Source: a virus. From it: 64,000 nt of DNA. The position numbers were made by a program, and so were the translations under genes. The notes under the pieces are model-generated. The model saw only the letters and a program-made list of their open reading frames with translations, was not told the origin of the DNA and made no database searches. Where the stretch lies: IMG/VR virus record IMGVR_UViG_3300023172_000016, positions 26,914 through 90,913 of that record. One strand, written 5' to 3'. Positions 7,479-16,957 of this stretch are shown here, in pieces; positions within the stretch are counted from its first letter, which is position 1, and each line of letters opens with the position of its first letter.

Positions 7479-7573
7479 TATAGATGAAGATTACGGTTAT
7501 TATATATCAAATCAACAAAAAGTTTCTTTTGCAATGCAAATGTAATATCTTTTTCCACCATAAAAAATGAGCT

Positions 7574-8656
7574 CTAAGATTTAACAAAATTCCTAATCCT
7601 CGAAAGGTACTCTAATTGATTACCCTTAACTACATAAGAATCTCCAACTGAAATGTCTTCAGAGGATATTGTATAATCGATAATATAATCCTCAGCTTCA
7701 TCTAATACTACTCTTTCCCAAGACCATTCACCCCTATTTAATATATAATTTGAATGTAGATCCAATCCAGATCCCTTAATACTTATCCTAAATTCAGCTT
7801 TTTGGAAAGGTGAGGTTGTCTTTAAATTTACAAACAATCTTACCGAACTAAGATCTTGCTGGTCAACAAAAAGAGAGCAAGTTGAATTTGTATATAACAT
7901 AAAATCACTCTTACTCCACTGCCACTTGTGAGTATCCCAATTTAATTTAACTTCTCCACCGAAAAATTGGTTTAGATCATTTCTTGTCTTTACAATAGAT
8001 TTAGTTCTCGACTCAATCTCGCACAGGAAATCTTCAAAGACGTAGTTTGGGAATTTTTCTATGAAGTCCCTATTAGTATCATATCTTCCAAAAGGAAGAG
8101 TTAAGTATGTACCCAGATCCAATCTTATAATGAACAAATGTCCGTGGAGCCAGGGTGAATTCGGAACACGGTAGAAAAGCGATGACCTTCCAAGGGAGTT
8201 AAGTTCGGTGCAAAGTGAATTAATTTTTATGTCAAACTCTTTAGGGAATATAAAGTCCGCCTCCATATAAACCACAAAATCATGCTTTCTAGAGAATGCA
8301 GAACCTATTGCTGGCATTAAAAGGTTCACAATGGCCGGAGTATAGCCTATCCATCCCTTATAATCCCGGTAAGCTATATCTCCTGTGTTTATCCAATTAA
8401 AATTTGGTAAAGAATTCACATTTTTCAATATAGCTGGATCTAATATATCGGAATCCTTATACGAAATCTCATTCTTAGAATTGTAAAGATAGAGGTCTAC
8501 AATATCCTTAATTTCTTGGGAACAATCTAAATGACTGATGAGCGTAACATACCCGCCTAATGACTTTATAGATCCAATGATTTCTAGAAGATCCTTCTTC
8601 TTTTCTGGAGAATCCGGGAATGCTGAGATTATAAAATTGCAATCAAAGTCTATCAT
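7574..8656 (-). CDS. hypothetical protein, possibly glycosyltransferase-related
   Basis: 360-aa ORF; VTLISH and YMEAD (DxD-like) segments. Confidence 0.55.
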   Translation of the reverse strand: MIDFDCNFIISAFPDSPEKKKDLLEIIGSIKSLGGYVTLISHLDCSQEIKDIVDLYLYNSKNEISYKDSDILDPAILKNVNSLPNFNWINTGDIAYRDYKGWIGYTPAIVNLLMPAIGSAFSRKHDFVVYMEADFIFPKEFDIKINSLCTELNSLGRSSLFYRVPNSPWLHGHLFIIRLDLGTYLTLPFGRYDTNRDFIEKFPNYVFEDFLCEIESRTKSIVKTRNDLNQFFGGEVKLNWDTHKWQWSKSDFMLYTNSTCSLFVDQQDLSSVRLFVNLKTTSPFQKAEFRISIKGSGLDLHSNYILNRGEWSWERVVLDEAEDYIIDYTISSEDISVGDSYVVKGNQLEYLSRIRNFVKS

Positions 8657-8835
8657 GATCTAAATCATTTCTTTGGGATATTTCTGGGAATGCTTGTCGA
8701 AGATTTCAACCCTAGGTCCTTCTATGAAATTAACCTCGACTTTTATATTTTCAAAATCCTCCATTTATTTTTCTAACATCATCTTTTGTAAGTTGCTCAG
8801 CAATCTTTTTAGTCTAATAGTCAAGGTTGTTTCCA

Positions 8836-8869
8836 AAAAAAATCCCCAAATCATAAGAAATGGGGATTT
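8836..8869 (-). terminator. intrinsic terminator
   Basis: AAATCCCCA...TGGGGATTT stem plus T run, downstream of the stem RNAs. Confidence 0.55.
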
Positions 8870-8874
8870 AAAAA

Positions 8875-9058
8875 CAGGATCGTGATTAGTATTATTCGGC
8901 TCTGCAGCTATATCTCTCTTTACGCCAATGAGAAGTTGACGTCGTGATTTTAGTTTTGAACCAGGTCACTGATCTCCGGGTCTCGTTAGAGAGTAAGCTT
9001 GCGCTGTACTACAACTAACTCTTCATCTAGTATAGAATAGGTTTGCTGTACCGATCCT
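8875..9058 (-). ncRNA. TACAGCAA stem RNA, copy B (long insert)
   Basis: AGGATCG-G-TACAGCAA...CGATCCT-G. Confidence 0.55.
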
Positions 9059-9062
9059 TTCA

Positions 9063-9120
9063 CAGGTTTCTTTTTATATAACACTTATTGGATAGTATAA
9101 AAAATTGCTGTAAGAAACCT
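9063..9120 (-). ncRNA. TACAGCAA stem RNA, copy C
   Basis: AGGTTTCT-TACAGCAA...AGAAACCT-G. Confidence 0.6.
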
Positions 9121-9127
9121 AATATTT

Positions 9128-9403
9128 TCAAAGAACTCTTTGCTCCCTCAAGCTTTTGAATATTTCGTCAATGTGCTTTTGCTCGATAAATCTTTTACTG
9201 TCCCAAATGGCATTAAATAACCTTACAATTTCTTGCTCAGTGTAAGTTTCAGGTTGAAACAATGAGGTTCCACCCTTTTTAACCATCTCAAGAAGTAGGT
9301 CTGAAATATATCCTTCCTGAACTACCGTTTTTGCTAACTCATCCCTTTCTGATTCGGAGCATGAATACCAATAATCTTCTGGGTCAATATCTATATCTGC
9401 CAC
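9128..9403 (-). CDS. hypothetical protein
   Basis: 91-aa ORF starting 7 nt after the upstream stop. Confidence 0.65.
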   Translation of the reverse strand: MADIDIDPEDYWYSCSESERDELAKTVVQEGYISDLLLEMVKKGGTSLFQPETYTEQEIVRLFNAIWDSKRFIEQKHIDEIFKSLREQRVL

Positions 9404-9409
9404 CTTGAA

Positions 9410-10852
9410 TTAAATTATAATGTCTTTATACCTTTCAGAAAGAATAGTTTCGTTCATCACCTGAAGTGGCGATATAATTTCACCTTTGCAAATGCTTTTA
9501 AGAATTGCCGGCGAGAAACCGCTTACCAAAGCTGTACCAGATTCGGTGAAAGAAACCGGCACATTACCACCTCGGGATTGGATATTCCAGTAGATGATGG
9601 AAGGCATTGAGTATCCAGCTTCAGCATACATCCCTCTGACCATTTCCTGTGCAGTAGGATTCCATTCTACCTGATCAGTTTTATTCCAATAAGAGTAAGA
9701 CATAAATGTCGCACTGTCGAATTCCATGTCAGAGAGGATCAATATCTTCGTTGGCATTTCAGATGCAGGTACAGAGTTTTTAACTGCCTGATCCAATATA
9801 TGCGAAAAGGTCTTTTGGAGATCCGTGTTCATACCCCAAGCAGCTCTAGATAATTGCGAAAACCTCGACTTTAAATCACCCTTCAGTATTTGAATCTCTG
9901 GGTTAGCAGAGAAAGTTACAAAAGAGTCCTTAAACGCTCCCTCGTTTCTTTCAGAAATGTACATCCCTAAAGAGATTGCAACATCCAAGCAAGTAACATT
10001 AGAATTTCCACCAGCGGGTGTCATCATTGAACCCGAGGTGTCAACGACTGGAAGAATTCTTTCCTCGCTCCCCTCCATGTAATCAGGAAGTGCTTTCCAT
10101 TGCTCAGAGGCAAAGTCTGCATCTCCGTGTTTGAGAGTTTTGGTCACATCATAAGGATAGACTGCAGAAGCATTTACTTTTTCCTCGCCAGACCTTAATT
10201 TCTCAAGATATAAATTATATCTCTCCGAATCGTTTTTGTGAAATGCCTTAGTGTATCTTGCTGCTGCTACTGAAGGAAGCTTACCATACTCAATAGACTC
10301 CCAATCTTTAGCACACATAGCCTGCTCGACAACATTTGTGAGGCCAACCAGTGTCTTTCTATATTGCTTAGGTGTGAATCCTAAGAAGTTTCTTAGTCTG
10401 TTTGCTACCGGTCCCTTTCTAGGCATCCATTTAGCACAAAGTCCATTTTCGCTTTCGAGACCACTCTTTATTAGATCTAATGCAGGTGCTTCGAGCTTGG
10501 TGCCAATCAAAGTAAGCAAATCGTCCCATCTTCCATATTCTGGGATGAGATGTAGGTTTTTTCCTAGTATCTCTGGGTTGTCGCTTGCTAAATATGTAAT
10601 AATGTCCTTGAAGATCTGTCTTTCTCCTGCTCCACCTCTGATGTCTCTTACCCAAAAAAGAATTCTCATGGCTGTAAGTGGATCCTCGTGAAACGCAAGT
10701 GAGAAGTTTGCAATAAGTCTTTGCTTATCCTGTCCCCTCATAGCACCAATCATGAAGAATAAATCTACACAAGCATTCAAAGAAGATGAGTTGGTTGTCA
10801 TCCCATTTTCCGTGGTGATGTTCTTGGTTCTAAGTGCGTCTGCGAGCTTCAT
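9410..10852 (-). CDS. DUF2828 family protein (TROVE/Ro60-like helical domain + vWA)
   Basis: TENG, RDIRGGAGER, PEYGRWDDL, AKWMPR; vWA MIDAS DTSGSM and LSDMEFD. Confidence 0.85.
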   Translation of the reverse strand: MKLADALRTKNITTENGMTTNSSSLNACVDLFFMIGAMRGQDKQRLIANFSLAFHEDPLTAMRILFWVRDIRGGAGERQIFKDIITYLASDNPEILGKNLHLIPEYGRWDDLLTLIGTKLEAPALDLIKSGLESENGLCAKWMPRKGPVANRLRNFLGFTPKQYRKTLVGLTNVVEQAMCAKDWESIEYGKLPSVAAARYTKAFHKNDSERYNLYLEKLRSGEEKVNASAVYPYDVTKTLKHGDADFASEQWKALPDYMEGSEERILPVVDTSGSMMTPAGGNSNVTCLDVAISLGMYISERNEGAFKDSFVTFSANPEIQILKGDLKSRFSQLSRAAWGMNTDLQKTFSHILDQAVKNSVPASEMPTKILILSDMEFDSATFMSYSYWNKTDQVEWNPTAQEMVRGMYAEAGYSMPSIIYWNIQSRGGNVPVSFTESGTALVSGFSPAILKSICKGEIISPLQVMNETILSERYKDIII

Positions 10853-10954
10853 AATAAACGTATTTGGAATCTATATAACTAGTGCAATGTTTTGTTTCCG
10901 TCTTTTAAAGACAAGTGCAAAACTAATAATCCAAATCGAGCTAAAAAAATAAAT

Positions 10955-12364
10955 TTAGAATTTCTTCAGCACGTACAACTTTTTACTTGCCCTTGTATAT
11001 GCTGTGTACTTAATCCTATTTCTCTCAATCACGTCCCAGTTCATATCTATGTCGTCCTCCATAACAAAAGATACTTCATAAGTGCTGCCTTGGGATTTAT
11101 GTGCTGTAATACAATATGCGTATGACACGTCCGCGAATTCTCTAAGGAAATCGTAGTATTCTATCCAAGACTTGTCCTTTCCTTTTTTCTGGATCGCGAT
11201 ATTCTTTAGGATATTAGCAATCTTCCTAAATTCATATTCACTATCCTCATGCAATATTTCTAGAACTTCCTGGTGTTTAGTGTTGTTGTCATCCAAAAAC
11301 CAAACCTTTGTCTCATAGTACTTTATATAAAGCTCAAGGTCCTCCGCTTTAAACCTTTTGTGCTTTATCTTGAAGGACTTAACTGTAAATTCATCATTGG
11401 TGTTAAATAGCACCATCCCCATTACTATATAAGGACTATTTACAATAAGCTTTTCTCCTGGGAGTATCTTATCACCAACATTATCTTCCCCGTAAATTAC
11501 CCTTCGAACCAGGTTGTTCATTGTGGCGACTGTTTTATTTCTCCAGGCAACTATCTTAGCATATTCTGAATCCTCCTGGAAATCAACACTCTTAAAATAA
11601 TTGCCGATAATATTGGGTATTGATTTTCTAGTGTCTGGGTCACCAAGATTTAAAAAATCTATGCCCTCCCCAGTATCATTTAAGATCGTTTCAGCAGGTA
11701 TGCCTACACTAAGATTCCTCACGTTCTCTCTTATCTTCACAGAAGAGCTAATTATAGGGTTATCCAACTTCTGCCTCATGATGGTTTTAAGATCTATTGT
11801 TACAATCCCATACTCTTCAGCCAGCTCTTCAGTAAAGGGGATACAGTCAGGTTTTCCTACCGGTGGGATTTGTGCAGGATCACCCATGCATATTATCTTT
11901 ATATTTTCCCTGTGCTTAATTATTTTTTCGAAGAGATCATCATTAAGCATAGATACCTCATCTATTATTAGAAGCTTAATTTTGGATATCTTAGGTTGAA
12001 ATCCAGGGTCATTTACAAACTCTTGCTTTCCCTCCTTTGTTATCTTTTCTTTTAATCCAAGAAGTTTGTGAATAGTTTGGAAAGAAACTCGTGGATCACT
12101 TATATCCGAGGATCTTCTAATAACCCTTACAGATTTATTTGTTGGCCCAGTAACCGCTATTCTATACCAATTTCTATTGTAATGAAGCTCTGACAGTAGG
12201 TAGTTGACAAGAAGACTGACACAAAAGGTTTTACCTGTTCCTGCCCACCCTCTTAAAACATAAACAGACCTGTCTTTAGGGTTGTTCAGATATTTAACAA
12301 GTTTTCCGAAAGCAGCCCTTTGGTCGCCGTTTAGTACACTAGTATCTACAATGCTTTTTTTCAA
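10955..12364 (-). CDS. dda: Dda-like SF1B DNA helicase
   Basis: GWAGTGKT, IIDEVSM, GDPAQIPPV, TAHKSQGST, YTAYTRA. Confidence 0.85.
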   Translation of the reverse strand: MKKSIVDTSVLNGDQRAAFGKLVKYLNNPKDRSVYVLRGWAGTGKTFCVSLLVNYLLSELHYNRNWYRIAVTGPTNKSVRVIRRSSDISDPRVSFQTIHKLLGLKEKITKEGKQEFVNDPGFQPKISKIKLLIIDEVSMLNDDLFEKIIKHRENIKIICMGDPAQIPPVGKPDCIPFTEELAEEYGIVTIDLKTIMRQKLDNPIISSSVKIRENVRNLSVGIPAETILNDTGEGIDFLNLGDPDTRKSIPNIIGNYFKSVDFQEDSEYAKIVAWRNKTVATMNNLVRRVIYGEDNVGDKILPGEKLIVNSPYIVMGMVLFNTNDEFTVKSFKIKHKRFKAEDLELYIKYYETKVWFLDDNNTKHQEVLEILHEDSEYEFRKIANILKNIAIQKKGKDKSWIEYYDFLREFADVSYAYCITAHKSQGSTYEVSFVMEDDIDMNWDVIERNRIKYTAYTRASKKLYVLKKF

Positions 12365-12373
12365 ATGACCTTA

Positions 12374-12868
12374 TTATGAGAATTCTGTTGATGATGAAAC
12401 TCTCAATTCATCAATTATCTTATCGTAATGTTTAGGGTCGTTGAAAAGCGAGGACCTTTCATTGTTTTTATAATATTCAGCATCCCCTATAAAACCATCA
12501 GGTTCACCCCATGTAAGAGCCATTTTGATGAACTCTTCAACCTCAATTTGAGTACCATATTCATCAACAACTCTTCCTTTACGAATAAACTCAAGTAATT
12601 CTTGTTTATTACTGTAAAACTTTCCGTCATGGAAGTTCCAACAGAATTTCCAACCCATACTTCGTTTACCCAGATGTACAACTGTATCTGCTGTAAATTC
12701 ATCCCAAGGAGAAAGACCATCCCAAGAATGCTCGTTATTTTTAATATACCTAAAACCCCTTTCGATAAGATCCGGGGTAAGCTTTAAGCCAATTAGTCTT
12801 ACCTGGAGTCTCTCTTTTCGGTCTTCCATTTCCTGTTCACAAGGTATCCTATAGTAATTTGTTCCCAT
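12374..12868 (-). CDS. hypothetical phage protein
   Basis: 164-aa ORF (MGTNYY..., HLGKRSMGWKF, DEYG). Confidence 0.7.
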   Translation of the reverse strand: MGTNYYRIPCEQEMEDRKERLQVRLIGLKLTPDLIERGFRYIKNNEHSWDGLSPWDEFTADTVVHLGKRSMGWKFCWNFHDGKFYSNKQELLEFIRKGRVVDEYGTQIEVEEFIKMALTWGEPDGFIGDAEYYKNNERSSLFNDPKHYDKIIDELRVSSSTEFS

Positions 12869-12874
12869 TCGGGT

Positions 12875-13543
12875 TTATGTTTTCTTGGAAGATATAATCT
12901 CGTCAATAATACCATACTTAACAGCCTCGTCAGCATCCATCCAAAAATCACGGCTGGCGTCTTCTTTTACTTGTTCGGGATCCTTATCACAATATCCACC
13001 AAGAAGTTCAAAAAGAATTTTGTTATACTTTTCCCATTCCTGGAAATCAATCTTAGCATCCTGTATGTTCCCAGAGAATCCTCCAGATGATTGGTGAAGC
13101 ATTACTTTAGAGAATCTTAATGAATATCTTTTCCCTCTTGTACCCGCTCCTAAAAGAATAGATCCCATTGAGGCTGCCATCCCGGTATTAACCGTTATAA
13201 TGTCGGATTTTACATAATCCATTACATCCACCATAGAAAGGCCGGATTTAACGGATCCACCGGGTGAATCGATATGCATTGTAATGTCTTTTTCTTGAAC
13301 TGAATCTAAGAACATCAGCTGTGCTTGAACTATCGTGGACATTTTATCATTAACCGGACCAGCTACCCAAAGTAATCTATCCATCATCAATCTTGAGAAA
13401 ATGTCCATCTGTGTAACTCTCAATTCCCTCTCTTCCAAAATGTAAGGTGTTAGCGAACTTTCAATTAAGTTGGTGTAGTTGTGAACGTCAAGCGATCCAA
13501 TATTATGCTCACTCAATGCATATTTTTCGAATTCTTTCTTCAT
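12875..13543 (-). CDS. clpP: ATP-dependent Clp protease proteolytic subunit
   Basis: DIFSRL, IDSPGGSV, GMAASMG (catalytic Ser), MLHQ, RDFWM. Confidence 0.95.
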   Translation of the reverse strand: MKKEFEKYALSEHNIGSLDVHNYTNLIESSLTPYILEERELRVTQMDIFSRLMMDRLLWVAGPVNDKMSTIVQAQLMFLDSVQEKDITMHIDSPGGSVKSGLSMVDVMDYVKSDIITVNTGMAASMGSILLGAGTRGKRYSLRFSKVMLHQSSGGFSGNIQDAKIDFQEWEKYNKILFELLGGYCDKDPEQVKEDASRDFWMDADEAVKYGIIDEIISSKKT

Positions 13544-13554
13544 ATTTGTTTCTA

Positions 13555-13821
13555 TTAGAATTTCATATCAAAAGGTTCCTTCATTCCAGTTTCCCTATTA
13601 ACGAAGTCTCTCTCTGTGTTGCTATTAATATTACCCTGTAAATGGTAAATTATTTCCCTAGCTGCTTTTAATTCCTCAAGGACATCCAGAATATTTACCC
13701 TGTGATTCTTTGATATTGTCAAATCTTCAATATCCCCAATAGCTGAATTTACTTTTGCTCCTGCTTCTTGGAGCATATATTTTGTGTTTTCCATTTTATA
13801 CAATTTTGGATTATACCACAA
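13555..13821 (-). CDS. hypothetical protein
   Basis: ORF in the gene string; true start may be the internal MENTKY. Confidence 0.55.
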   Translation of the reverse strand: MWYNPKLYKMENTKYMLQEAGAKVNSAIGDIEDLTISKNHRVNILDVLEELKAAREIIYHLQGNINSNTERDFVNRETGMKEPFDMKF

Positions 13822-13850
13822 AACTACCAGGAAGCAACGAATAAAAAAAA

Positions 13851-14174
13851 TTAAATAAGAGAATTATTAACAGTTCTGTGAGCTACACCACCGACTCCTG
13901 CTATTCCACTATATAGAGAATGGACGCTCTTTATGGTACTGTCCCACGGAAATTGGGACTCTGAAAGCCTTACCATTGGCTTAACCGAAATTAGTTTTGT
14001 CTCACCCATTACTTGGTTAAATTTACACCTTAATGTTCCTCTTCCGTGAACAGGACAATTACAAACAACGTAAACTACAGCTTCGCCGGAGGGCTTCTGT
14101 GAAAAATCAGAGAAGTGGGTTTGGAAACCCTCCTTCTCTTTAAGATATTTTTCAAGCTCTTGCAAAAATTGCAT
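13851..14174 (-). CDS. hypothetical protein
   Basis: 107-aa ORF overlapping the trx stop codon. Confidence 0.6.
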   Translation of the reverse strand: MQFLQELEKYLKEKEGFQTHFSDFSQKPSGEAVVYVVCNCPVHGRGTLRCKFNQVMGETKLISVKPMVRLSESQFPWDSTIKSVHSLYSGIAGVGGVAHRTVNNSLI

Positions 14175-14482
14175 TAGGATTTAACGATATTTTCATCGAC
14201 CCATTCCTGCACTTTTACCTTAGGCAATGCTCCTGTTTTCGTAGCAATTCCTTCTTTGCTTTTAAAGATCATCATAGTTGGTATACTTCTTATCCCGTAT
14301 TTTGAAGCAAGCTCCATAGATTCGTCTACGTTTATTTTTATAACTTTCAATAGTGGATTTTCTTCCTCTATTTGGTTAATTATGGGTCCTAGCATTTTAC
14401 ATGGGCCACACCAAGGTGCCCAAAAATCCGCAAGTATGTTTTCGCTGTTTTCTAGTTCTAGATCAAATTCTTCTATTGTCAT
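14174..14482 (-). CDS. trxA: thioredoxin
   Basis: DFWAPWCGPCK, SIPT. Confidence 0.95.
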   Translation of the reverse strand: MTIEEFDLELENSENILADFWAPWCGPCKMLGPIINQIEEENPLLKVIKINVDESMELASKYGIRSIPTMMIFKSKEGIATKTGALPKVKVQEWVDENIVKS

Positions 14483-14528
14483 AATTTGAGTTTTGTTTTA
14501 TTATAGATTTATTTTTCTAATTATTCCG

Positions 14529-14849
14529 CTATATCAATATAGTTTGTACCATATCAGGCTGGGTTCTATATATGAGTTGTGGGTCTGGAGACATTATTAC
14601 TGAAATTCCGTCCGACATATCGTGGAGTCCAGTTATGTAATTTTCTACATCTTGCCTTTTTTCAGGGGGAAAGGAATACTGACTCATTACGTCGTCCACA
14701 ATCTTTTGTAGTGAGCTTTCAAATTCACTGGGGTCGTGGAATTTAAAGTACTTCTCATACTTTTTAACAAAATTCCTTATCATAGCCTGCTCAGGCTGAG
14801 TTAGCGAGAGATCTGACATAAAGTCGTCAAATTCCTGTATAAGATCCAT
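14529..14849 (-). CDS. hypothetical protein
   Basis: 106-aa ORF. Confidence 0.6.
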   Translation of the reverse strand: MDLIQEFDDFMSDLSLTQPEQAMIRNFVKKYEKYFKFHDPSEFESSLQKIVDDVMSQYSFPPEKRQDVENYITGLHDMSDGISVIMSPDPQLIYRTQPDMVQTILI

Positions 14850-14908
14850 AATCGAAACAGTTTTTATTTTAGATGATATATATTCAATAACTTTAAAACA
14901 TAATTGAA

Positions 14909-15238
14909 ATGTCCACAGAAGAAAAAGATATCAAGGTCGAAGATCAGGTCGATTTTGAAACACAGGAAGAAACAAACACAGACGAACTTACCCCCGAGGT
15001 AAGCGATTTTGAGAACAGCGAAGAAAGCGATTCAGAAGTTGCTGATATCAGCACAGAAACGCCATCCATTGAAACATCAAGTCCAGAAGCAACTGGAGAT
15101 GTTATGGATACACCAGAACCCGCTGCTGAAATTACTAGCCATCAGGAGGATATTTCTTCAGAAACACCGCAACCACAAGAAACCTCATCACCTGGTAGAG
15201 TAATGAGGTTTGAAGATTTTGTAAATAACAGGGATTAA
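14909..15238 (+). CDS. acidic low-complexity protein
   Basis: E/S/T/P-rich; GATATATA motif at 14875; C-terminal VMRFEDFVN. Confidence 0.65.
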   Translation: MSTEEKDIKVEDQVDFETQEETNTDELTPEVSDFENSEESDSEVADISTETPSIETSSPEATGDVMDTPEPAAEITSHQEDISSETPQPQETSSPGRVMRFEDFVNNRD

Positions 15239-15411
15239 TCCTTATCTGCAGATCTTCCCAGGTCCCTTCTAATCAACCCTCTCACATAGTGAGATATTGA
15301 AACTGGGGGTTCTCCTGTGGTTAAAGCTTTCTTAGAAATCTTTTTGCTAAGCTCTTCCAGGTCTTCCGTTGATAGTAAGACCTGGATTTTTTCTGTTTTA
15401 TCTTCTGCCAT
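15235..15411 (-). CDS. small ribbon-helix-helix-like DNA-binding protein (58 aa)
   Basis: Manual translation MAEDKTEKIQVLLSTEDLEELSKK...SISHYVRGLIRRDL. Confidence 0.6.
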   Translation of the reverse strand: MAEDKTEKIQVLLSTEDLEELSKKISKKALTTGEPPVSISHYVRGLIRRDLGRSADKD

Positions 15412-15438
15412 AATTGGTTTTATTTCTATTCTATATAT

Positions 15439-16929
15439 TTAATCCTTTTTGTATAAAATTTCCATAAATTCTATTCCACCATATGGATCTCCTTTTGCTT
15501 GCATTGGTGAATAGCCATCAACTTGGTCAGAAACCACGAAAGCTTTGTGAGGGTTAACCATAACACCAAGCTTTTTCATTAATGGCCGGTTGGCTAAAAA
15601 CGGGGTGCTTTTAGATATCCTGTCTGTTGGTGCAACTTTTACTTTAGGAATCTTGACGCCATTGAAAACTATATCCATTTCTATAATGGGTCTTTCGTCT
15701 GTATCCCTACCTATTTCAGTTTTGGTTCTGCCAACAATTTTTCCTTCAATCTCATTTTCACCAATCTTGAATTTGAGAGTGTCTCCATTTTCTTCAATTT
15801 CATCAGCATGGATAGAAGATGCTGTGGAACCGTTTCCTGTATCAAATTTAGCTACCATTTTTCCGATGGATGGAATTTCTAAAGTTTCAAGATATCCTAC
15901 CTCCAACTTAGTCTGAGACCAATTCTTCTTGTCTACAATATAATCCAAGACATCTCCTACGATCGGTTTTCCGATAGCTTCAGATATTCCTTCCGTTCCT
16001 GGTGATGAATTTACCTCAAGTATAAATGGCTTGCCAGTTTTAGAGTCAATCATAATATCAACGCCACACCAGTTACAAGATACACTGTTTGCTGCTTCAC
16101 AAGCTATTTTTTCAATCTCCTCATTAGTTTCATAAGCTGAAACCTCTCCACCTAAGGTATAATTAGTCCTAAAGTCTTTCTCTACTGCTTGCCTTTTCAT
16201 TGCTCCTAGGACTGTGCAGTTTTCTACACCCGGGTTTAAAGGATCGAATTTTTTAACTATTACCTGAATCCTTACATCGAAATCAGAATCGATCTTTTCC
16301 TGCAAAAGTATTTCACCATCAGGATCAAGTTTTTGAATTGTTTGGTAGACTGACTTAAGAGATGCATAAGAGTCTACAATTGAAACTCCAATACCTTGTG
16401 AACCAGACAACAGCTTCATCACTACCGGAAATTCTCCCCCAACTTCTTCAAGAGCTCTATCCAATCCCTTTGTGCTATTAACTAAAGCATATTTTGGTGT
16501 TGGAAGCCCTTCCTCATCAAGGACTTTTGATGTGAGGTATTTACTTTCACATATTTCTATAGATTCCAAAGAATTAACACAGAAATATCTAGATGCTTCA
16601 AGATCTCTCATAATTTGCTTTGTGTAGGAGTTAGTAGTGACTCCTCCCCTTGGAACAATAGCTGTAGTCTCTGGTCTTATTAAGATCTCTTTAGCCTCTT
16701 CTCCGTCAGTGTACTTAACCACGTGTCCATTATAGACCTTCTCTAGTACCACATTATTGACGTTAACAACATTAAATGTTAAACCTCTTTTCTCACACTC
16801 CTCTGCGAAAGACTTAGCAGTTTTGCTGGGTTTTGATTCCCCACTAAGCATAAGAATATCTACGGATTCGTTATTCTCGGCTTCATTTAGAAAAGATTGA
16901 AAATTAAGTGCAGGGGAAATCCTTTGCAT
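15439..16929 (-). CDS. RimK-family ATP-grasp ligase fused to a retropepsin-like protease domain
   Basis: VMKLLSGSQGIGV, LLQEKI, FRTNYTLGG, GVDI, LEVNSSPG; C-terminal AKFDTGN...ERPII. Confidence 0.85.
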   Translation of the reverse strand: MQRISPALNFQSFLNEAENNESVDILMLSGESKPSKTAKSFAEECEKRGLTFNVVNVNNVVLEKVYNGHVVKYTDGEEAKEILIRPETTAIVPRGGVTTNSYTKQIMRDLEASRYFCVNSLESIEICESKYLTSKVLDEEGLPTPKYALVNSTKGLDRALEEVGGEFPVVMKLLSGSQGIGVSIVDSYASLKSVYQTIQKLDPDGEILLQEKIDSDFDVRIQVIVKKFDPLNPGVENCTVLGAMKRQAVEKDFRTNYTLGGEVSAYETNEEIEKIACEAANSVSCNWCGVDIMIDSKTGKPFILEVNSSPGTEGISEAIGKPIVGDVLDYIVDKKNWSQTKLEVGYLETLEIPSIGKMVAKFDTGNGSTASSIHADEIEENGDTLKFKIGENEIEGKIVGRTKTEIGRDTDERPIIEMDIVFNGVKIPKVKVAPTDRISKSTPFLANRPLMKKLGVMVNPHKAFVVSDQVDGYSPMQAKGDPYGGIEFMEILYKKD

Positions 16930-16957
16930 GTGTAAAATTTACTTTGATGTATATATC

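Noticed and set aside
8660-8764. 34-aa ORF MEDFENIKVEVNFIEGPRVEIFDK..., a possible gene fragment
   Set aside because: Too short to assign or to call a pseudogene without a homology search.
6254-9120. TACAGCAA elements as a CRISPR array
   Set aside because: Stems differ in sequence, spacing is irregular, and no cas genes are present in the window.
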